From Octopus vulgaris (Eukaryota), in NCBI GenBank assembly GCA_951406725.2, contig OX597843.1:15438001-15502000 (forward strand): a DNA stretch of 64,000 bases. Reading direction: 5' to 3'. Positions within the stretch are counted from its first letter, which is position 1. Every line of letters starts with the position of its first letter. Positions 40,319-51,907 of the stretch are shown here, piece after piece. The position numbers and the translations under genes were made by a program. The notes under the pieces are model-generated. The model was given only the letters and a program-made list of their open reading frames with translations. It had not been told where the DNA came from and did no database searches.

Positions 40319-40773
40319 TGACACATCAAATATGTGAAATATATTCAATACATTAAATACAAAATATGAATATATGTATACACGTGAAACGAGGGAGAGC
40401 AAAATATATTTGTATTAAAGTAAAGAATGCCATCGAAGACAGAATATTAGGTAATATTTTTTATCTGATTTTGAAAACTTCAATAAATTAATTTTTTGTT
40501 TCAATTATTTTTAGATTCAAATATAGCTCAGGATTGGATTATCATAGGATTATCATAAGATTCAAATATAGCTCGGGATTGGATTATCATAGCTAAAATA
40601 TAGGGCATTCAGTATGGTTGAAAACAGAATTAGTGAAGAAGGCTAGAACTACAAGCGGGTTAATAAAAGTTGGCCTTAAAAATATATTCGTCCAGTACCG
40701 TGGCTTGCCCTCTTTAGCATGTAAGAAATCCACATGGTAGGATTCTCAACGTATATAAACTTTTATACACACT

Positions 40774-40821
<48 letters not shown>

Positions 40822-40827
<6 letters not shown>

Positions 40828-42003
40828 TTATAAATGAGGGGGAAAAATTGATATTAATTTAATGATACCATTAATTTAACACCGAGTGGCTTAGCACAAA
40901 AAACTACGGAGAAAATACAAATTTATACATTAATTATTAGATCGTTACCACTATGTAGATAACTCTAGTGCTAAAAATAGCTCCGATAGTATAGCCACAG
41001 TAAAAGATGTTTCTAATTAGAAATAACATACATTTACCGGAAGGAAAGTGAAATATAACGAATAAATAGATTGACCCTGAACAAATTGTTTCATTACTAA
41101 TGTAATATGTAATTTTACTTACATAAACATCTATAAATCATCAGCAGAGGTTTGTCTTAAATACAATTTATTAGACCAACACAAGCATTTTTAGTTATGC
41201 CTCAAATTCCCCGCCAAAAGCATGCTAAGACTCTTTGGAAACGTATGCTGCATCAAATAAAATATTTACTGCTGCATAATTAAATTTATAAATTTATAAA
41301 TGAGGGTGAAAAATTGATATTAATTTAATAATACCATTAATTTAACACCAAGTGGCTTAGCACAAAAAACTACGGAGAAAATACAAATTTATACATTAAT
41401 TATTAGATAGTTACCACTATGTGGATAGCTCTAGTGCTAAAAATAGCTCCGATAGTATAGCCACAGAAAAAGATGTTTTCAATTAGAAATAACATACATT
41501 TAACGGAAGGAAAGTGAAATATAACGAATAAATAGTTTTTTTTTGTGCTAAGCCACTCGGTGTTAAATTAATCGTATTATTAAATTAATATCAATTTTTC
41601 ACCCTCATTTATAAATTTATAAATTTAATTATGCGGCAGTAAATATTTTATTTGATGCAGCATACGTTTCCAAAGAGTCTTAGCATGCTTTTGGCGGGGA
41701 ATTTGAGGCATAACTAAAAATGCAATTGGTTAAACCGCACGTGTTTTTGACGCTCGTGTTGGTCTAATAAATTGTATTTAAGACAAACCTCTGCTGATGA
41801 TTTATAGATGTTTATGTAAGTAAAATTACATATTACATTAGTAATGAAACAATTTGTTCAGGGTCAATCTATTTATTCGTTATATTTCACTTTCCTTCCG
41901 TTAAATGTATGTTATTTCTAATTGGAAACATCTTATTCTGTGGCTATACTATCGGAGCTATTTTTAGCACTTGAGCTATCCGCATAGTGGTAACGATCTA
42001 ATA

Positions 42004-42006
<3 letters not shown>
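40822..42006. mobile_element. Foldback element 1: ~1.5 tandem 466-nt units plus an inverted permuted unit; degenerate hammerhead on each strand
   Basis: tgaggg..aaaaattgatatt at 40835 and 41301; 41540-42005 is the reverse complement. ctg-CTGATGA...GAAAcaatttgTTcag at about 41789-41863 (+) and about 41075-41149 (-). Confidence 0.8.
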
Positions 42007-42066
<60 letters not shown>

Positions 42067-42068
<2 letters not shown>

Positions 42069-42600
42069 AATTAAGGACTGAACACGAAAAGTGGACAGTC
42101 AACATGCTAGATATAGACGTCAAATCGCCCTTCTCCACAAAACGTCTATGTTCTCAGATCAAACTCAACACCAAACCAAAACAATAAACAAGTGAAAAAT
42201 ATACGAAATAAATATTTACCCATGTACTAAATTTAGTTTCGGCTGTTATTTTCCGCAAGGAAAAGTGCAGCCATCATCAGCATGCTGATGATGGCTGCAC
42301 TTTTCCTTGCGGAAAATAACAGCCGAAACTAAATTTAGTACATGGGTAAATATTTATTTCGTATATTTTTCACTTGTTTATTGTTTTGGTTTGGTGTTGA
42401 GTTTGATCTGAGAACATAGACGTTTTGTGGAGAAGGGCGATTTGACGTCTATATCTAGCATGTTGACTGTCCACTTTTCGTGTTCAGTCCTTAATTGGTA
42501 TATATAAATATTTTAATCTTCGGATTCTTTCTTTAATATGCTAGACCACTGGTTCTAATTGATAAATATCAATTTTTACCCTTAATTTAATTTTATAAAA
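42067..42600. mobile_element. Foldback element 2: perfect 432-bp palindrome (42067-42498) with a hammerhead starting at the axis
   Basis: 216-bp arms with no spacer, axis ca|tg at 42282/42283. Confidence 0.9.
42281..42344 (+). ncRNA. Type I hammerhead ribozyme motif (mirror copy on - strand at 42221-42284)
   Basis: catg-CTGATGA-t-ggctg...cagcc-GAAA-ctaaatttag-TA-catg; predicted cleavage after GUA at 42340. Confidence 0.75.
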
Positions 42601-42621
42601 ATTATATATATATATATATAT

Positions 42622-43637
42622 ATTAACAATTAAGGAACGGCCATAATAGGCCATTCACCCACTAGAAATAACAGCCAAAGCTTCTACCGCAAATAAAGAT
42701 CAACTCCGTAAACAGGAGAAAATTAAAAAAAACATTTACCCTGTAATTTCTTGTACGGTATACCGTTTCATCTGCTGTTTAATGGTAAACTAACCTGATT
42801 AAATTAAATCAAGCCAATCTTCCATAAGCCCTCAGATTCTTCAGCAAGAAATAGCTCAAGTCGGAACAGATATTTACACGAGGCATCTCAGAACCTTGCC
42901 AAGGCAATATCTGACCTAAAATTTTCAAATCGTCGCAACTCGCGCCAAATTTATCGGCAGCAAATAAGCCGTCGATTCCATTACGGAATTAACCAAGAAA
43001 TTCATAATTAATCAATATAGGGTGCCAAGAAAAATTTTGTAGAATTTTTTTGCCACCAGCGGCCTAGTGGGAAAAAATTAAATAGTCATAGACCATTTTT
43101 AAGTTCAACATTAACAATTAAGGAACGGCCATAATAGGCCATTCACCCACTAGAAATAACAGCCAAAGCTTCTACCGCAAATAAAGATCAACTCCGTAAA
43201 CAGGAGAAAATTAAATCGTCGCGAGTTGCGACGATTTGAAAATTTTAGGTCAGATATTGCCTTGGCAAGGTTCGAGATGCCTCGTGTAAATATCTGTTCC
43301 GACTTGAGCTATTTCTTGCTGAAGAATCTGAGGGCTTATGGAAGATTGGCTTGATTTAATTTAATCAGGTTAGTTTACCATTAAACAGCAGATGAAACGG
43401 TATACCGTACAAGAAATTACAGGGTAAATGTTTTTTTAATTTTCTCCTGTTTACGGAGTTGATCTTTATTTGCGGTAGAAGCTTTGGCTGTTATTTCTAG
43501 TGGGTGAATGGCCTATTATGGCCGTTCCTTAATTGTTAATGTTGAACTTAAAAATGGTCTATGACTATTTAATTTTTCCCACTAGGCCGCTGGTGGCAAA
43601 AAAATTCTACAAAATTTTTCTTGGCACCCTATATTGA

Positions 43638-43645
<8 letters not shown>
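42622..43645. mobile_element. Foldback element 3: 488-nt unit plus ~105-nt repeat of its start plus an inverted permuted unit
   Basis: attaacaattaaggaacggcc at 42622 and 43110; 43220-43645 is the reverse complement and reads through the unit junction. Confidence 0.85.
43311..43417 (+). ncRNA. Type I hammerhead ribozyme, intact core (mirror copy on - strand at 42746-42852)
   Basis: 8-bp helix I atttcttg/caagaaat, CTGAAGA, helix II atctg/cagat, GAAA, palindromic helix III cggtataccg, GUA cleavage after 43409. Confidence 0.85.
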
Positions 43646-43668
<23 letters not shown>

Positions 43669-43678
43669 CATACATATA

Positions 43679-44960
43679 CGGGGGACGCTCAATAAGTAAT
43701 GCCCCGTACCCATTTGAAATTGTTTGATCTAGCTGAAATTTTGCATGTGCAATTATCCATATCTCTACAGATTAAGTAGTAAATTACAGCTCTGTACTAA
43801 TTGTGGTCTCTGATTTACAGATGTTTGAACTGAGTCAAGTGTGAAATGGAGCCTGTTGAGTGTCGAGCAGTGATCCAGGTTTTGTATTTGAAAGGACGCA
43901 CACCACGGGAGACTTTTGATGAAATGAAAGTAACTTTTGGTGATGATGCCCCATCATATGATCTTGTAAAACGCTGGCATCATGAATTCAAACATGGTCG
44001 GAACTCTGTGGAAACAGCTCCCAGATCTGGTCGCCCCCTTCTGCCATTGATGAGGCATTTGTCCGTCAAGTTGAGGCTGCCATTTTGGAAGATCGACGCA
44101 TAACTATTCGCCAAATAGCCCATGAGGTCAAGATTAGTACCGGGTCTGTGGAAACTATCATTCATGACCATTTGCATATGCAAAAGGTGTCTGCCAGATG
44201 GATTCCCAGGTTGCTCACACCTTTCCAGAAGCAAGAACGCGTCGAGGGCTCGAGGATGAATTTGGAGATGTGCCAAGAAGATGAGTCAAAATTTTTCAAA
44301 AGACTGATTACACAGGATGAAATCTGGGTCCATCACTATGAACCAGAGACCAAAGCCTAGTCAATGCAGTGGAAGCACCGTGACTCACCTCCTCCAAAGA
44401 AGGCAAGGGTGCAGCCCTCCGCTGGCAAGGTCATGCTCACAGTCTTCTGGGACCAGGACGGAGTAGTGATGACAGATTTCCTGGCCAAGGGTACCACAAT
44501 TGCAGGAGCCTATTATGCTTCACTTTTGAGGAAATTAAGAGAAGCTATCAAAATCAAGAGGCGGGGCAAGATCAGCAAAGGCATCCTCCTCCTTCAGGAC
44601 AACGCTCCGGTCCACAACTCGCGTGTCGCCAGATCAGAAGTACAGGCGTGCGGCTATGAACTCCGCCCCCATCACCCTACTCTCCTGACCTTGCACACTC
44701 TCATTTTCACCTCTTCCCAGCCATGAAGTTGTTTTTGAAAATAAAGCGTTTCCCAGATGATGCAGCCTTGATTTCTGAAGTCACGTCGTGGTTGGAGGAC
44801 CAAGCTGGGGTCTTCTACAAAATCAGTCTCCAGAGCGGCATCAAACGATGGGAGAAATGCGTAACTCTGGGTGTAGAAAAGGACTAATAACTGTGCCAAG
44901 TTTCGTTGCTCTACTGTAAAGGGAAGTGTGTCAGGGGCATTACTTATTGAACGCCCCTCG
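43679..44960 (+). mobile_element. Full-length (~1.28 kb) mariner DNA transposon with a disrupted transposase
   Basis: TIRs cgggggacgctcaataagtaatgcccc / ggggcattacttattgaacgcccctcg with TA on both sides. HTH (VKRWHHEFK..RSGRP), TQDEIWV and LLQDNAPVH motifs and a degenerate YSPDL motif; stop at 44358-44360 plus frameshifts. Confidence 0.95.
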
Positions 44961-44977
44961 TACATATATATATATAA

Positions 44978-45017
<40 letters not shown>

Positions 45018-45059
45018 ACATACATATACATACATATACATATATATACATATGCATAG

Positions 45060-45111
<52 letters not shown>

Positions 45112-45253
45112 ATGCGTGTGTATATATAAATTAAGGTAGCTATCAGGAATTTAGAACCAACACGAAAGTTAATTTGCAGTCACTGGATATCTGTTACATG
45201 ATGACGCTTAATTGTGTGCATATGCAGCTATAACACTTTCAAACATTGGAAAT

Positions 45254-45312
45254 ATTATACGGAAGAGAGGAGTAAAATTTAAATTATTTTAATCTCGAAA
45301 CGCGTATATAAT
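45254..45312 (+). ncRNA. Degenerate hammerhead motif (core CGGAAGA) in a (TA)n-flanked element, 45128-45475
   Basis: attata/tataat helix I, gagg/tctc helix II, GAAA-cgcg-TA. Confidence 0.45.
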
Positions 45313-45472
45313 TAATCCAGGTCGTGTTGATTCATTATTCTGCTCTTTGCCTTCGTAAAAAAAGTATGTTTACCGTCATGGAGATTCTTAGTGTAGCGGA
45401 AAAGGAATTTTAACTCCTATTTCTAATTTCGGTATGTGTTGAAGCAGTTAGCTGAACCCTAATTATAATTAC

Positions 45473-45513
<41 letters not shown>

Positions 45514-45969
45514 ATCCAAACATGAAAGCACAAAAATACACAACGCGAGGACGTGGAACAAATATAGTATTATTGGACGCCCAGGAAAGAAGGAAAGAAG
45601 GAAGGTTTAACGTTTCGAGCGGAGTTCTTCGTCGGAAACATAGAAGGAAAGATCCAGAGAAGGGAAGACAGAGAAATAAAAATCACCAACGGTACACACG
45701 CGGTCACGTTTTGCATGCAAATATGTATATATATATATATACATGTGTGTGTATGTGTGTGTGTGTTTGTGTGTCTGTGTTTGTCTCCCAAGCATTGCTG
45801 GTGTGTTTACTCCCCGTCACTTAGCGGTTCGGCAAAAGAGACCGATAGAATAAGTACTGGGCTTACAAAGAATAAGTCCCGGAGTCGATTTGCTCGATTA
45901 AAGGTGGTGCTCCAGCATGGCCGCAGTCAAATGACTGAAACAAGTAAAAGAGAGACAAAAGTGAGAGAG

Positions 45970-46034
<65 letters not shown>

Positions 46035-47001
46035 CCTGGTTGGTTTTAAAATGTGTGTTAGCTACCTTCAATATTTTATAATCTTCACATTGCCATTTTG
46101 TGAAATCAATCCCTAATTCCTATGGCATTCTCAATGATACTGAGAGGCGTGAGTTAGCCTCCACCAGCCGTAATGGAGTGAGCATTGCTGATGAGTATTA
46201 ACTTCCTATAAGAGATTACCATGCTAATCTAATCCATCTGGCTTACCGTGGGGAATGTTCTCCCCACTGTCAGTGCAAACAGACCATATGTCTTTTTGTG
46301 GCTCAGGAGTCTATGACTAATATTTCTAATAATGCTGGTGCTCACTGCACTCTTTTCACACTTAGTGACTGTGAATTATTTCCTTGTTGGTTTCAAATTG
46401 CCGATAGCCACCACAATTTATATATATATACACACCCATATATGTGTGTGTATATATATATGTGTGTATATATATATGTGTGATGTATATGTATGTATAT
46501 ATATATACATATATATATATACAGCAATTTAATAAATAAAACATATGCATACATACATACATATATGTACATACCTACATCTATACGTATATATACATAT
46601 ATATATATGATTACAGGACACCACAAAAAAGCGTAGAACACAACGAGAAAAGAAGACAAAAAATCAAACAAGGAAACAGACTTTTTCCAACAACGAAAAA
46701 CAGGACAAACAATACAAGGAAATTCCCTTCTTCAGCTGGCCCTGTTTCGACTCAATGCGTATTTTTATATATATATATATATATACAGTTCTCTCTGTAT
46801 CTTTATATGGGTTTGTGTGTCCTTTGTATAATAAAACATGGATAAAACACTTAAACATTTCATTGAATGTATGAATTAATATATTCTGGGTCACAAGTAC
46901 AACACTGTTGATTATTGTGACGTATAATACATGCGATAAAATCGAATGTTTGGAACAAAAGCAAATAAATTTGAATAAATGTGTTAGAAGCATTTGCTTA
47001 C

Positions 47002-47054
47002 CCACAGTCTTCAACTCTAAATGTTCCCGTCACGGTTGAAAGGTCATGCTCAAT
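47002..47054 (-). CDS. aGPCR exon (SEA-like region)
   Basis: tttcag|IEHDLSTVTGTFRVEDC(G)|gtaagc; phase 0 to 2 fits both neighbours. Confidence 0.8.
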
Positions 47055-47067
47055 CTGAAAAAGCCGG

Positions 47068-47119
<52 letters not shown>

Positions 47120-47177
47120 TAAATTCAAGAAACAAAGCTTGATTTAAAAGCGTTGAGATGTATTGAAAAATAAAGAA

Positions 47178-47490
47178 ATAATTTTATTCTGAAACGCAGG
47201 ATAATGCTAATGATATAACGTGAACCGCATGAAATATCCATAATTTGCAGATAAATCTGTCGTCAGCCAGCTATGTGACTACACCTCACACCCCTGTGAT
47301 TACGCTTCAAGTGCTTTACCATTAAGCTAAACTGCGCGAACGACAAATACTTCTGCAAAGTTAGGCTATATACATCTAGCTTTATAAGACGCGTAATCTG
47401 GCCGCCGACAGAGTTTTCGGCAACAGGTGAATACGTTATCCTGTTTATGCTATACTATTAGCATTATCCTGCGTTTGAGAATATAATTAT
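47178..47490. mobile_element. MITE-like element with ~30-bp terminal inverted repeats and an internal tRNA-like segment
   Basis: attctgaaacgcaggataatgctaat / attagcattatcctgcgtttgagaat; minus strand tagcttaatggtaaagcacttg at about 47310-47330. Confidence 0.55.
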
Positions 47491-47648
47491 GTATAAATAT
47501 ATTAGCTTGACACTCGGTAAAGTGGGGGAAATGAGAGGGTTTTTAATGTTCCGAGCATATCTCTTTTTCAGAAAGGAAAACGAAAATGTTGAGAAGAAAA
47601 ATATTACCAAAAGGAAGTGTGTGATTACATATGTTCTTATGTGTGTGT

Positions 47649-47687
<39 letters not shown>

Positions 47688-48058
47688 CACAAGATTAGTG
47701 AATATTTGAGTAGGATTTTATTTACTGTCAGAATCGGAAATTATATCACGGAATATATAAAGACAAAATAGTGGATAGAACAGTCTTTTTATTGACCAGC
47801 AAAAATTCAGTAAGTTAAAAAAGAAAGTTTTATGTAATAGTTTACTATCAGTAAATGGAGTTGATTGTCTGAATTTCATGAAACCTCACTATTTATTTGA
47901 CGTTTCACATTTCTTCTATAAAATATGCATGTGTGTGTGTGTGTGTGTGCGTGAGAGTGTGTATGTGTATGCATGTGTGCGCATGTTCAGTGCATATGTG
48001 TGCGCGCACGCGCGTCTGTGTACGGAGAAAGAGAGAGAGAGGGCAGATATCTACTCAC

Positions 48059-48141
48059 GGCTCTTGATATGTTCTCAGCGGGGATTTTATATTCGTTGAA
48101 CTTTTTAAAAATCAAACGAAATACGAGGGATTTGGTCCAGC
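48059..48141 (-). CDS. aGPCR exon (start of SEA-like region)
   Basis: ccatag|(G)WTKSLVFRLIFKKFNEYKIPAENISRA|gtgagt; phase 1 to 0. Confidence 0.82.
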
Positions 48142-48548
48142 CTATGGATTGATATAGAAAATAATCGCTGCGTTTATAAATGAGACACACGTCATAGATG
48201 CACATAAAACCCACATACGTAGATAAAAATATACATTCATAATCACATATACACTTAAAATACTATATATATATATATATTATTCTTATTCTACCTATTA
48301 TATACGTTTTTATTATTATTATTATTTGCAATTTACTTAAGCATTGACATTTAATTGTTATTTATTTTTTATATTTCTATTATATGTAATTTTCTAGATG
48401 GTGTAATTTAATTGTTCATTTTGAATTGATAAAAGTTTTTTTTTTATTTTAATTTTTATATATATATCTTATATTGTGTGAAATTTGATTTAGTATTTCT
48501 AAATTTAATTTTTCCCTTGTAAGTTTGGATTTTATTCACTCAAATAAT

Positions 48549-48611
<63 letters not shown>

Positions 48612-48614
<3 letters not shown>

Positions 48615-48912
48615 TTATCATTCCCTTTCTTCCTGTCGCTCTCTTCGTGTATCGGCTATCAATGCCTGCACATGGATGATTGGTTCCATACATCGTTAGG
48701 ACCTTTCTTGACTTCCTGTCCAACTCCGTTAGCTTCTCCTCTGTCCACTTCAGTTTTCCAGCGCCATTCCGAACTACTGCGACTGCGTGCGAGTTTATCG
48801 CCGAAATTATGTTCCAGGCATTCAGCTTTCTAACCAATATTTTGCTCACACGCCAAAAGTGCTCTCTTTTATTCTTTTCCTTCATGTCGTGGTGTTTGAT
48901 TCCATCTGTGAT
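48612..48912 (-). mobile_element. R4/Dong RT fragment
   Basis: KLNAWNIISAINSHAVAVVRNGAGKLKWTEEKLTELDRKSRKVLTMYGTNHP. Confidence 0.75.
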
Positions 48913-49105
48913 CTGTGAGTGTGTGTGTGTGTGTTAGAGAGAGAGAGAGAGGGGGAGAGGGAGAGAGAGAGAGAGAGAGAGCATTGCAAATAGTATACAC
49001 ACATCAAAATATTTTCCCGTATATTAATTACTATAAAATGTTCTTATTAACTATCAATTTGTAATAAACTTGTTGGTGTTATATTAGACAATAAATAACA
49101 CTTAC

Positions 49106-49289
49106 CAATGAAATCATTCTTGTTACATAAGTGTCCGACGCAACAACCAGTACAAGACGTGCCATTCGTCCGTTTATTGCATGTAAGGGTATTGTTTCTC
49201 ATAGCTTCAACACATTTTCTGTATGTGCTGCAGGACCTTTCAGTCTTCAGTTTAGCACCGTTCATTGATATTGCGAATCGGCATACAGG
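49106..49289 (-). CDS. aGPCR exon: Ly6/uPAR (three-finger)-like domain, C-terminal part
   Basis: ttacag|PVCRFAISMNGAKLKTERSCSTYRKCVEAMRNNTLTCNKRTNGTSCTGCCVGHLCNKNDFI(G)|gtaagt; CCxxxxCN signature. Confidence 0.9.
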
Positions 49290-51223
49290 CTGTAATAATA
49301 GATATGAAAATTATACACTACAACAACAATATTTATTAGTACGATTACTGCTAATTACAGCAACAACAACAGAAATGACACCACTGGGGATGTTTACCAT
49401 GCAAGTAAGTTTAATCAGTGCTTTAAAATACCCAAAAGCAATAAGTGAAACCGTAAAAGAGTTTCCGAATTGTTGAAAGAAAGTTAAAAGCATAAGTAAA
49501 ATTCCGTAAAAGTTATTGCTATTTAGTATTCAAAAATCATGTTTTAAATGCTTACAGTATCCAAACCTCTCGGATCACAAGTAGATATGGCCATCGGCTC
49601 ACGGCCTGTATGAAAACCGCATCGCACTGTCACACATCGCCCAACTTAAAATAGGTCAAATTATCCCAATAAAGATGTATCAATTCTCTAAAATTTCTTC
49701 TTACTGGAGGAATGTTCAAGAGGAATTTTTCATATAAAATTTACGGAAAATCATGCGTACAAAACTCACCAAAAAGAGAAACTAATATGCCTATACCCAA
49801 AGATGATACTGAAATATAATTGTCAGATTGAACTCCTCAGTCCAAGCAAATAAAACAGAAAATACATAAAACGAACACAAGAAAATACGGTATATTGGTA
49901 TAAAATTTGGAGAGAAAACAACCAAGGTCTTGTTAACTTAATAAGGGACATTCTGAAAGCGAAAAATATCAGAAATGGAGAAGAATATTTAAAGAAAAGA
50001 ATCCATCACGAAAACGCAATTAATAATCGCAAACACCTAACAATAATAAAAGCAATGAAAATGTAGACATTGAAGTTAGAAATAAGATTTGCATTGCCTT
50101 AGTTTGAAATTGAAACTCGTTTCTTCCAATGTTGGAAAAGTTTTAGAAAGAAAATTGGATCTCCCAAACTGAGTGAGGATGTCATGAAAAAATAACCAAT
50201 GATAGTGTCCGAAGGCTGGCGTCTTCAAAAGAGCCAATGGAGTCTGTGATTGCAAATGAATGAATCATTACATAAGCTAACTCAGCTTCAAGAAAACAGA
50301 AAGGTCTGAGATCAGAACAGACAATGAAACAGGCAACAGATTGCAGCCATGCTCTTATGTCACGCTCTATTCTCCTATATTCTCGTAATGTGAAGCATTG
50401 ATCTGTGACATTACCGGTGTCTTTTATTGTTTCTCTTGTGTTTCTTTCACCAATGTACAACTGTGTATTCAGAGATATGCCTGGCAATTTTAATTTGTGT
50501 TTTAGCTGCGTTTAATCGTATAGCTTTCACCTATTCCTGTTGAAATAATATGACCCCCATCCGTTATGTTCTGTGAAGCTTATTGTACTTCTTGATGTGA
50601 GGGCAGATTTAATCTGTTTCGAACATTTCATAATCTTGTCTATCAAACAACCACTTTTGCTATGGCCAACAGACGAAGGAGACGGTCATTTACTTCTTAA
50701 CTTTTTCCTTAATCCGCTCCCTGTAATCCCTGATAGATGGTAGGGCCAGATCCGACATCCGGTTATCCCCTCTAAAGTAAGTGGCCCGAGGTCATTCGAC
50801 AAGGAACCTTGATTCCAAGTTGACTTCTGGCCACATACATTCATACATCCTACTCTAAGGACAGCCATGTTTTGTCGGAGAAAGCTCACTTTAAGTTCGT
50901 GTGTTCGTTTCTTGAATAGGGATTCCTGGACAGGGAAGAACATTGTGTCCTTGAACAAGGCATTTCATTTCACTTTGTTCCAGTCCAATCGAAGGAAATG
51001 TATCCCAACCTAGTGATGTTCATCTATTTCTCCCTTCTGTCGTCACATCCTTGTTTTCCCATTGAGTCATGAATAAGAAGATCGACAGGGTGTGTGTATG
51101 TCTACGCAGGAACATAAAAAAAACTAGCGAAAGCATATTACAATCTATGTGGACTTTATGGCTTTCGAGTGACGGCTGTGGATATATTTTAACGAAAAGG
51201 AAGAAAGTAATATTCCAGTTTAC

Positions 51224-51309
51224 CTCTGTTCCTGGACAGCTTGTCACTTCATTGCATATGATTCCTGAACATGTTTGACACTGTAAATTCCGTTGAAATA
51301 ACGAGTAAT
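51224..51309 (-). CDS. aGPCR exon: Ly6/uPAR-like domain, N-terminal part
   Basis: ctgtag|(N)YSLFQRNLQCQTCSGIICNEVTSCPGTE|gtaaac; LxCxxC start; phase 1 to 0. Confidence 0.88.
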
Positions 51310-51875
51310 CTACAGAATACAAGTAAATATCTGTATTTATGAACCAAATAATGCAATGCATAGCAATAACAAGAAATATTTTCTTTCAGATGTAAAAACA
51401 AATGTATGCGTGTTAGTATTGAAATCAATACATGTTAGACATATAAAGCAAATTATTAACAAAGACTATAAACCTATTTTCATGTTCATTCGGAAACGTT
51501 TCAATAATGTCACAAATTCAACTGAGAGAAGCATGAAAGCCACTTGTTGTCCTTTTAGTATTCTGATGTAACAAACACGTGAAAATCGTTGAACAAGTCA
51601 AATAAAGGGATTAAATTTGTAAGTTGCAACCATTGATGCAGTGGAAACTCCCTAATGAAACCTGAGAATCTCATTTAAGTTATGTTACAATGTCATATAG
51701 TATGTGAAGAAGGCCATAATATGTGAAGTGAGCAAAACAATATTTGGATAAACAATAAAAATTATGATCACTAATATTGTGCTTTTTCCAATATACACAC
51801 ATTTATGTATGTATGTAAGTATGTATGTATGTATGTATGTATGTATGTATGTATGTATGTATGTATGTATGTATG

Positions 51876-51907
<32 letters not shown>

